DNA of 64,000 nucleotides, from positions 2,550 through 66,549 of the forward strand of contig CAIMWN010000250.1 of NCBI GenBank assembly GCA_903845155.1, written 5' to 3'. Origin of the DNA: Oligoflexia bacterium. Its GTDB lineage: Bacteria; Bdellovibrionota; UBA1018; CAIMNF01. Every line of letters starts with the position of its first letter. Positions within the stretch are counted from its first letter, which is position 1. The translations under genes and the position numbers were made by a program. Below the pieces are notes generated by a model that saw only the letters and a list, made by a program, of their open reading frames with translations, searched no databases and was not told the DNA's origin. Positions 46,183 to 53,245 of this stretch are shown here, piece by piece.

Positions 46183-48077
46183 ACGTGGAACTTAAAGTAC
46201 GTGACGTGCATATTGACGTAGCAATTTTAGCGGGACCAAGAATCCAAACCTGGCCTACCCACGGCGTTCGTGTGCTTTCTCGATTGTGTGCCGATGCGGG
46301 ATTAAAAGTAGGTTGGTATGGTGGCGCAGGAATGCGGGTTCGCGGAGTCCTTCCTCTCGAAGGCAGTGGTGCATTGGTCATCGTCGAAGATGCCCAAAAA
46401 AGGCTTCATCGCATTCATGCAAAATCAGCGATTAAGGTTACGCCTCATTTGGATTTCCCTCTTCCTTTTTCTGGTTGGTATTCGCCAGGTTTGATTCCAG
46501 AGTCAACAGCAAGAAAACTGATGAAACAGGGAAGTTTGAATTGGCAGCCGGTGGTGGTCATTCTTGGTTCGGGTAATCAGGCTTTTCGTTTGGGATCTGA
46601 ACTCATTCAAACAAAGTCGGTCAATCGTGTGGTCTGTGTTGAATCCGTTTATGAACAAGTTCAAGCTTGGGAAGTGGAAAAACGTCGCTTCGAAGTGCTG
46701 GGTGGAAAAGTGATCTTTGGAAAGCTAAACTCACTCGTTCAGAAATCTCCTTTTTTATGGGAAATAAAAATTCAAGACAAGCAAGGGACGCGCATCATTG
46801 ATGCCGCGCGGGTAATTTCGGTGGGGCCCTTTCATGGTGATGAAGGGTTTCGTGAATACCCATCCGGTTCATTCTTGGTTGAATGGGAAAATACAGAAGT
46901 TCAACAAATTGCTGATGACGTTGAGCCTTTTTTGCTCGATGAACACCGCGCTGTTCTTTTGGCCGCAAGGCTCATTAAGGGATTGGCTCATCAATCACAA
47001 CTCGATAAAAGCGTGTGGGTAAGTAAGCAGAAATTAAAAGAATTAGAAACGATTCATGACAAACGTTTTTCTTGGACTTACGAAGGTAAGTGGTTAAGTG
47101 CGGACAGTAAAAAATTGCTTGGTGAATTTGCAGGCACACCTAAAACTCTCGTTCCTGAAAAAATGAAGGCCTCCATTGAATGTGTAGAAGCCATTGGGTG
47201 TCGAGTTTGCCAGAAGGCTTGCCCAGTCGATGCAATCAAGATTGAGCGAACCCAACAAGGCGGAACTTCTTCGTTTTTAATCGAAGATGCCTGCACTGGT
47301 TGCGGTTTTTGTTTGCAAGCGTGCCCCAGTCAAGTGCCCATCATGATCGAAGGTGACTCAACACAAAGTTTTACGCCGCTTGTTTTCCCCTATCGAGAGA
47401 GAGCGCCTCTTAAAAAGGGTGTTCGCGTGGGTCTCTTAAGCCGTAAAGGCGAAATGCTTGCCAATGCTAAAGTGCTCGATCAGTTTTTAAATGGCGATGT
47501 GCCTCTCTTTAAAGTGGAAGTTCCATCGCATTTAATTTGGGAAGCTCGCGGTTTGATTTCGATGACTCCTAAGGCGGAAGTGGAGCACGCGGATGATTTT
47601 TACCATGAAAAGGGTGAGCGGGTAGAAGTGCAAATTCAAGGCGATGTCAGACGCGTGCGCGAGGGGCAACTCATCTCGGTTGCACTCTTCGAAATTGGCA
47701 TGAGTAGACCCAATGATATTTTAATTTGTGAAGATGGAAGTTGTGGCCTTTGTCAGATTGAAACGGATGGCGTGAAAAAATTTGCCTGCCAATCAACAAT
47801 CCATCATGGAATGTCGATTCGCTTTACCCGCGACCATGAGCAATCATCTGAAATTTGTCCGTGTAGTTCCATCACCACCGATCAATTGCGCGCTACCTGT
47901 ATGTCGACTAAACCTGACAGTATTGAAGCGCTCGCACAAGTTTGTGAAGTGGGGCAAGGGCGTTGCCACGGGTTGCTCTGCAAAAAATCGTTCATCGAAG
48001 TGGCGGGTGAAGCTGGGATTGAGAGTGCGCGGTATGCAGATTGGGCGTTTCCGTGGACTGATTGGATGTTGAGCTAA
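46179..48077 (+). CDS. Multi-cluster iron-sulfur / NAD(P)-binding oxidoreductase-like protein
   Basis: 632 aa. GTGA overlap with the upstream gene.
- VVVILGSGNQAFRLG (GxGxxA).
- Two ferredoxin-type 4Fe-4S motifs: CVEAIGCRVCQKACP and CTGCGFCLQACP (aa 335-383).
- CEDGSCGLCQ...C, like the N-terminal 2Fe-2S of sarcosine-oxidase-alpha/HcnA.
- BFD-like CPC...CHGLLC (aa 560-601). Confidence 0.6.
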   Translation: MNVELKVRDVHIDVAILAGPRIQTWPTHGVRVLSRLCADAGLKVGWYGGAGMRVRGVLPLEGSGALVIVEDAQKRLHRIHAKSAIKVTPHLDFPLPFSGWYSPGLIPESTARKLMKQGSLNWQPVVVILGSGNQAFRLGSELIQTKSVNRVVCVESVYEQVQAWEVEKRRFEVLGGKVIFGKLNSLVQKSPFLWEIKIQDKQGTRIIDAARVISVGPFHGDEGFREYPSGSFLVEWENTEVQQIADDVEPFLLDEHRAVLLAARLIKGLAHQSQLDKSVWVSKQKLKELETIHDKRFSWTYEGKWLSADSKKLLGEFAGTPKTLVPEKMKASIECVEAIGCRVCQKACPVDAIKIERTQQGGTSSFLIEDACTGCGFCLQACPSQVPIMIEGDSTQSFTPLVFPYRERAPLKKGVRVGLLSRKGEMLANAKVLDQFLNGDVPLFKVEVPSHLIWEARGLISMTPKAEVEHADDFYHEKGERVEVQIQGDVRRVREGQLISVALFEIGMSRPNDILICEDGSCGLCQIETDGVKKFACQSTIHHGMSIRFTRDHEQSSEICPCSSITTDQLRATCMSTKPDSIEALAQVCEVGQGRCHGLLCKKSFIEVAGEAGIESARYADWAFPWTDWMLS

Positions 48078-48078
48078 G

Positions 48079-48205
48079 TTGATTGGAGTGGGGTTTTAAT
48101 CAATAGTTTGTTTGCTCCACGCGCATCCATGCGCTTATCGCTTTCGCCCTCCAGGCTCGCTCAAGTCGCAAATAAACTATTGATTAAAACCCCACTCCAT
48201 TCAAC
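48079..48205. repeat. Long hairpin 3 (38-bp arms, 51-nt loop) between convergent genes
   Basis: Arms GTTGATTGGAGTGGGGTTTTAATCAATAGTTTGTTTGC 48079-48116 / GCAAATAAACTATTGATTAAAACCCCACTCCATTCAAC 48168-48205, with 2 mismatches in 38. It starts 2 nt after the upstream stop. There is no flanking T-run. The loop-arm junction AAGTCGCAAA is identical to that of hairpin 1. Confidence 0.8.
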
Positions 48206-48254
48206 ATACGCTGATCGTCTGGATCGCTCGAAAGGTCCAGTAAACCCATAGCTT

Positions 48255-49100
48255 TTACCGAATATCAAATTTCTGACCGAAGTATTTAAATTTGATTGGC
48301 GCAGTCAGTTCGTAATTTTTTGCTTTCAATATTTCAATAAAAGCCTCTGCGCGGGGGGCGCTGACATATAAGGGAACTTCATAGCGGGTTCCATCTGCCC
48401 GAAGCGGATGCCTCAAAGTATCGAGACGGGAAGCCATGTAAGCTGCCATCCAATCCACTTCATTGGTGGGTTGTGTGTTCATTCTAGAAATAATTCCTTC
48501 CATGCCCATGCCGCCACCATAACCGGTTTGGATGCCGGTATCGTAAATCATCGCAATGCCGAGTGCAGTATGGAGATTGAGTTTGGTTGCCACTTGCAGT
48601 GCGGGTTGAAAAATATAGTTTTCGACATTATCATCCTGCACTTTCCTAAAAATAGGATCATTCGCAGCTGCAACAAAAGCTTTACCAAAATCGAAATGGA
48701 CAAGGTCTCGTGTTCTAAATCGCTTTTTTGCCGCGACATTTGCTGCAACATGAGGGAAAAGGCAAGCGTAGTCTGGACGGTTTTTTATAGCCGAAAGACA
48801 GGAGAGGTAGGGCGCAAGCTGATTATCTGGCTTTAGATCTGTGTAGTCCTTCACTATATCCAGAAGTGACCCGCAGTTTGAATTGAATCCAACACGACCA
48901 GCAGTAATTCCAGCCCCATCATCGATATCTTCAATGTAAGCATACTGAAACTCTGGATCACTGTTTTCAAAAACTGACGTAATTTGTTCGATACGCTGGT
49001 GTTGAAGTTCAGTCAGTGCTGCAAAGCAGTTTGTGCTTAAGCAAAAAATAAGACTCAGTTTGAATGAATCAACGAATTTCATTGCAGCTATATATGGCAA
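48255..49100 (-). CDS. Secreted glycoside hydrolase family 46 chitosanase
   Basis: Colinear with Streptomyces N174 CsnA as I recall it: SVFENS...QYAYIEDIDDGAGITAGRVGFNSNCGSLLDIVKDYTDLKPDN against SSAENS...QYKYIEDIGDGRGYTGGIIGFCSGTGDMLELVQHYTDLEPGN. Both catalytic positions (E of xENS and D of DG-x-G) are conserved. Confidence 0.85.
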   Translation of the reverse strand: MPYIAAMKFVDSFKLSLIFCLSTNCFAALTELQHQRIEQITSVFENSDPEFQYAYIEDIDDGAGITAGRVGFNSNCGSLLDIVKDYTDLKPDNQLAPYLSCLSAIKNRPDYACLFPHVAANVAAKKRFRTRDLVHFDFGKAFVAAANDPIFRKVQDDNVENYIFQPALQVATKLNLHTALGIAMIYDTGIQTGYGGGMGMEGIISRMNTQPTNEVDWMAAYMASRLDTLRHPLRADGTRYEVPLYVSAPRAEAFIEILKAKNYELTAPIKFKYFGQKFDIR

Positions 49101-49295
49101 TCTCTGGCACTCAGCAATGATTATTAAACTAAATAAGTGTAATTGCGCTTCGCTTGAGTTTGGGGTCGTAACGTGCTGGATTTACGAATGTCTTAACGTG
49201 AGCCTAGCTTTTAAGCCATCGCTTGCTTTGAATCAAAAAATACCAATTTCCATCACAATACTGGGTTTGTGTACTCAAGTAATCATGAAGCGCAT

Positions 49296-49682
49296 TCACT
49301 CATGGCAGATTTGTGCAGGAGTCCCACCACCCCTGCAGCTTGGAAAGCTGACTGTATCAATAAACCCAATTTGCGTTTTGGCTGTAATGGCGGCTCTGCG
49401 AATGCAGCCATAGTCATTTGAATAGCTAAAACGAAGACCAGGCGCTGCAATGTGTATTTGATTGGCGTGCCCATCGGTTACATTTTGAGCCCTAAATTCT
49501 TGGAGAAGGATTCTTCTTCCTTCGTTGGTTCTCACTTCAATGAGAACATCCACTGCTTTGTTGATGCCGTCAGAAATGGTAGCAGTGAGTTTCCCCAAAT
49601 TGGATTGCCCCTTGCAAACCACGGCCGAGTGAGCGGTTTCGGTAAACAGACTCAGTAAAATCATCATCATTTGAACTTTCAT
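49296..49682 (-). CDS. Small secreted hypothetical protein
   Basis: Trimmed to ATG 49682 (MKVQMMMILLSLFTETAHSA/V), preceded by GGGGAG. 128 aa. Divergent from the LysR gene. Confidence 0.5.
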   Translation of the reverse strand: MKVQMMMILLSLFTETAHSAVVCKGQSNLGKLTATISDGINKAVDVLIEVRTNEGRRILLQEFRAQNVTDGHANQIHIAAPGLRFSYSNDYGCIRRAAITAKTQIGFIDTVSFPSCRGGGTPAQICHE

Positions 49683-49792
49683 TTTCTCCCCTTTTTCTAG
49701 ACCCGTTATGAATGCGAGTCTGCTGGAGGTTTTTTTAAGCGAGATATTCATCATTTGCAATGTAGAATAGGTGATGATATCCATTCGAATTA

Positions 49793-50635
49793 ATGATGGA
49801 CCTAAATTTAGTCGATTTTAAATATTTTCTTGAAGCCGCTCAAACCTTGAACTTAAGTCGTGCCGCTGAGCGGTTGGGAGTGGGGCAGCCAACTGTGAGT
49901 CAGGCGATTAAACGCTTAGAGACAGATTTTGGAACGCAGTTGTTTGATCGTTATAAAACTGGGGTGCAATTAACGACGGCAGGGAAAAGACTATATTCTC
50001 AAGGCCGTACCGTGATTGAAAATCTTTCGAGACTCAAAGAGGATGTTCTTTCGTCCGAGACCGACATCAAAGGAAACTATTCTATCGGTTGCCATGTTTC
50101 AGTGGGGCTCTATTCTCTTCCCGGTTTTTTAAAGTCACTTTTAGCAGAGAATCCTCTCCTTGAAATTCGACTTTCTCACGGGCTTTCGCGGGAGATTACA
50201 GAAGAGGTGATCAGCTTCAGAACCGATTTTGGAATTGTGGTTAATCCCGCCAAACATCCCGATTTGGTGATTCGAGAACTCCGTCGAGATGAAGTGGGGC
50301 ATTGGGCGGCCTCGGGTGCCGATACGAATACGTTAATCTACGATCCGAGTTTGAGTCAGAGTCAGGAAATTATTTCGAATACTAATGCTAAGGTATGGAT
50401 GTTTAAGCGTAGGCTTGAATCCTCTAGCTTAGAAATGATTGCTCTTCTTGCGGAACAAGGCTGTGGTGTAGCGCTCCTGCCAGGACTAGTGGCGCGTAGG
50501 TACCCAAAACTGAAACCATTCAAAACTGGATTGCCGAAGCATGAAGATAAGATTTGTTTGATCTATCGTGCCGATCGCAAGGCCTCTGCGTCTGCTCGGT
50601 TAATTGCGAGTAAGATTTTGGGTGCTGCTACCTAA
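49793..50635 (+). CDS. LysR-family transcriptional regulator
   Basis: N-terminal wHTH FKYFLEAAQTLNLSRAAERLGVGQPTVSQAIKRLE and a LysR substrate-binding domain. 280 aa. Confidence 0.85.
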   Translation: MMDLNLVDFKYFLEAAQTLNLSRAAERLGVGQPTVSQAIKRLETDFGTQLFDRYKTGVQLTTAGKRLYSQGRTVIENLSRLKEDVLSSETDIKGNYSIGCHVSVGLYSLPGFLKSLLAENPLLEIRLSHGLSREITEEVISFRTDFGIVVNPAKHPDLVIRELRRDEVGHWAASGADTNTLIYDPSLSQSQEIISNTNAKVWMFKRRLESSSLEMIALLAEQGCGVALLPGLVARRYPKLKPFKTGLPKHEDKICLIYRADRKASASARLIASKILGAAT

Positions 50636-50638
50636 CTT

Positions 50639-51193
50639 TCAGTAAATCTCGGTCGGTGATGGTTTCCAAACGCACGAAATTCCGAAATTACTATATTCGC
50701 CTTGGTGGCATTCGACTAAAGTGGAAATCGGATTGTAAACGCACGAAACTCCATAGTCTCTGAAATCGCCTTGATGACACTCCATCAAGGTAGTGTTCTG
50801 ATTAAAAGCGCACGAAATGCCGTAATCTCTCGAGTTGCTTTGATGGCACTCTATTGCTGCGGAAATCGGATTGTAAACGCACGAAATCGCGTAATGGATG
50901 AACCCACCTTGATGGCATTCAACCGATTTAGAGTTGGGATTGTAAACACACGAAACACCGTAGTCTCTGGCGTTGCTTTGATGACATTCCGCTAAGCTAG
51001 TATTTGGATTATAGGCGCACGAAACTCCGTAGTTGCTAGAATCACTTTGGCGACACTCGGCCGATTTAGAATTTGGATTATAGACGCATGAAAACCCGTA
51101 ATCTCTAGAATCGCCTTGATGGCATTCGACTTCAGCCCAAGCGCATGGAGTGAGGAGGAGTGTAATGGTTGTTAATATTATTTTCTTCATCAT
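50639..51193 (-). CDS. Secreted repeat protein: seven tandem 23-aa two-cysteine repeats
   Basis: Signal peptide MMKKIILTTITLLLTPCAWA/E, then 7 copies of E-C-[HR]-Q-x5-[YF]-[GA]-x-S-C-x-[YFW]-[NK]-[PQ]-x5. No family recognised. Confidence 0.7.
   Translation of the reverse strand: MMKKIILTTITLLLTPCAWAEVECHQGDSRDYGFSCVYNPNSKSAECRQSDSSNYGVSCAYNPNTSLAECHQSNARDYGVSCVYNPNSKSVECHQGGFIHYAISCVYNPISAAIECHQSNSRDYGISCAFNQNTTLMECHQGDFRDYGVSCVYNPISTLVECHQGEYSNFGISCVWKPSPTEIY
50642..51127 (-). repeat. Coding tandem repeat, 7 units of 69 bp (last unit 72 bp)
   Basis: The DNA periodicity corresponds to the 23-aa repeats of the CDS. The units have diverged, so it is not a CRISPR or satellite repeat. Confidence 0.8.
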
Positions 51194-51211
51194 AGTCTTA
51201 CGAGTGCCCTG

Positions 51212-51631
51212 TCAGTTTTGTTTCTTGTATTTAAATAATGAAACCATCGTGTTTCTGAACCTGCCAAAACCCCGAGCAATTTGAATAAAGTCTTTATCTG
51301 AGCTCACTGAAATCGCTCCGAGTTCCTTGTCCATTCTTCCTTCGATGGAAAAATCGGCTTCAATTAAATTCTGTGAACTAAATAAACTTTGAGTGGAAAC
51401 CATACTTCCTAAAAGGTAAGTCCCCTTTTCAGTTTCATTTTTCCCCTGTGAGTTTTGACAAAAAGAATCGGTGAACCATTCTCTTGAAAATGTGATGTCG
51501 TGAGGGGCGCCTTGGTAGCCAAACGCCACAGTATCGATCACGTAGCCTTGGAGTTGGCTGGATTGGGTTTGGATGCAATCGGTTTTAAAGACAGAGCCTA
51601 AGAGAAATGCCGCAATCATTACTGTGTTCAT
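51212..51631 (-). CDS. Secreted hypothetical protein
   Basis: 139 aa with a hydrophobic N-terminus (MNTVMIAAFLLGSVF). Same strand as the repeat protein, with an 18-nt gap. No domain recognised. Confidence 0.5.
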   Translation of the reverse strand: MNTVMIAAFLLGSVFKTDCIQTQSSQLQGYVIDTVAFGYQGAPHDITFSREWFTDSFCQNSQGKNETEKGTYLLGSMVSTQSLFSSQNLIEADFSIEGRMDKELGAISVSSDKDFIQIARGFGRFRNTMVSLFKYKKQN

Positions 51632-51830
51632 GGGGGAGGCTTATCGATTTAGGTGCAGCATGTCAAATTCATCCCCAAGGCCCGCCTCATTAGCTCTATC
51701 CAGCCCTGTCGTGTTTGAAGCCAATATCAAGATCATTAGTTAATATATTGAAATCATTAATAAAATAAAAATAATTGAATAACATACCTTTTTAGTTGTG
51801 TATTAGGCTGCACTGTGTTACACTAGTTGT

Positions 51831-52286
51831 ATGGAAAATATAAGTAAAAAAAGTTTAGCTAGATCCCCAAACTGGGTGGGTGCTTTCATCCGCCAGAAAC
51901 GTGAAGACAAGGGTTTTTCCCAAAAGGAGCTCGGACAAAAGTTTGAGCCCGCGGTCACGACACAATTTGTGTCGAATTTAGAACGCGGGATCACACCGAT
52001 CCCCGCAGTTCATATTCACGCTTTAGTGAAGTCGCTCGATATTCGAGAGCAAGAGCTCATGCTCCTGATGGAGAAAGAATATGCAGCGAAGCTCACGCAT
52101 AAAATTGCAGGACAATCGATGGAGCCAGGTTCTGAGCATGCTCCAGCAGTGATTGTCGTACCACGTGTTGATGAGGAATTCTTCAACTGGATGGTGCAAA
52201 GTTACAATAACTTAAGTGAGGTGGATCGCCACCAGTTTAAGGGGCAGTTAAAGAGCTGGTTCGAACTCAGCTTAAAACGAGCTTAA
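51831..52286 (+). CDS. XRE-family helix-turn-helix transcriptional regulator
   Basis: IRQKREDKGFSQKELGQKF...TQFVSNLERG is typical of an HTH_3/Cro-C1 domain. 151 aa. No SD before the ATG. Confidence 0.65.
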   Translation: MENISKKSLARSPNWVGAFIRQKREDKGFSQKELGQKFEPAVTTQFVSNLERGITPIPAVHIHALVKSLDIREQELMLLMEKEYAAKLTHKIAGQSMEPGSEHAPAVIVVPRVDEEFFNWMVQSYNNLSEVDRHQFKGQLKSWFELSLKRA

Positions 52287-52303
52287 GAGAAAATTGATTC
52301 ATC

Positions 52304-53245
52304 ATGTTTGGTGAAAAAAGTAAGAGCGGGCATCCTCGTACCAGGGGTGCCCGTTCTTCATTTGAAACGGAACCTGGTATTGGCACTTACCCCATGCGCT
52401 TTGGATCGATTCCAAGCTTCGACGGTGCCAGCATCTTCTACTGCGTAGAAGGTGAGGGTGAGCCCTTAGTGTTTTGTTATGGCATTGCCTGCTCTACACT
52501 TCACTGGACTTACCAAATCGATTATTTTAGAAAAAACTACCAATGCATTTGGTTCGATTATCGGGGGCATAGAAATACGCCTATTCCTGATAAAATGGAA
52601 AACATGACGGTCGAAGCGTGCGCCCGGGATCTCAAGGCAGTGCTTGATTTCCTGGACGTGAAAGAAGCCACCTTGCTCGGTCATAGTATGGGCGTGAGTG
52701 TGGTTCTGGAATTCGCACATTTGTATCCTGAAATCGCTAAACAGCTGGTGCTCACCAACGGTACTCCGCAGCGCCCCTTGGAAACGCTCTTTGGCGGTAA
52801 TTTGCTCGTGCCGGCATTCAAGTTCTTTTCAAAATACGAAAAGGAACAGCCGGTGATTGTGGAGACCCTCTGGAAACTGCAACAAAAGACGCAAATGGTA
52901 GGAAATTGGTTGGGTGCCTTGGGGTTCAATCGAAGCCTTACTCACCCAGATGACATTCGCACCTATGCGAGACAAATTGCTGAACTGCCACCCGCGGTTT
53001 TGGCGAGAATGATGGATCACTATGAAAATTTTGATGCCACTCCATGGTTGCACGAAATTAAAACCAAAACACTGATCCTCTCAGGCTCCGAGGATAAAAT
53101 CACACCGCCCAGAACTCAAGATCTCATTCATCAATTGATGCCCAATTCCGAGCTGTTTCGGATTCAGCATGGAAGTCATTGCTCGACGCTCGATTTGCCG
53201 GAGCTGGTGAACCTTCGCATCGAGAAGTTTCTCTGTTCATTGTAA
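52304..53245 (+). CDS. Alpha/beta-fold hydrolase
   Basis: Nucleophile elbow LLGHSMGVSV (GxSxG), HG-type oxyanion region (FCYGIACS), C-terminal His (HGSHCS). Confidence 0.75.
   Translation: MFGEKSKSGHPRTRGARSSFETEPGIGTYPMRFGSIPSFDGASIFYCVEGEGEPLVFCYGIACSTLHWTYQIDYFRKNYQCIWFDYRGHRNTPIPDKMENMTVEACARDLKAVLDFLDVKEATLLGHSMGVSVVLEFAHLYPEIAKQLVLTNGTPQRPLETLFGGNLLVPAFKFFSKYEKEQPVIVETLWKLQQKTQMVGNWLGALGFNRSLTHPDDIRTYARQIAELPPAVLARMMDHYENFDATPWLHEIKTKTLILSGSEDKITPPRTQDLIHQLMPNSELFRIQHGSHCSTLDLPELVNLRIEKFLCSL

Noticed and set aside
50642-51127. Regular 69-bp periodicity that could be mistaken for a CRISPR-like or satellite array
   Set aside because: It is entirely within a continuous ORF encoding 23-aa protein repeats. 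There is no alternation of spacers and identical repeats.
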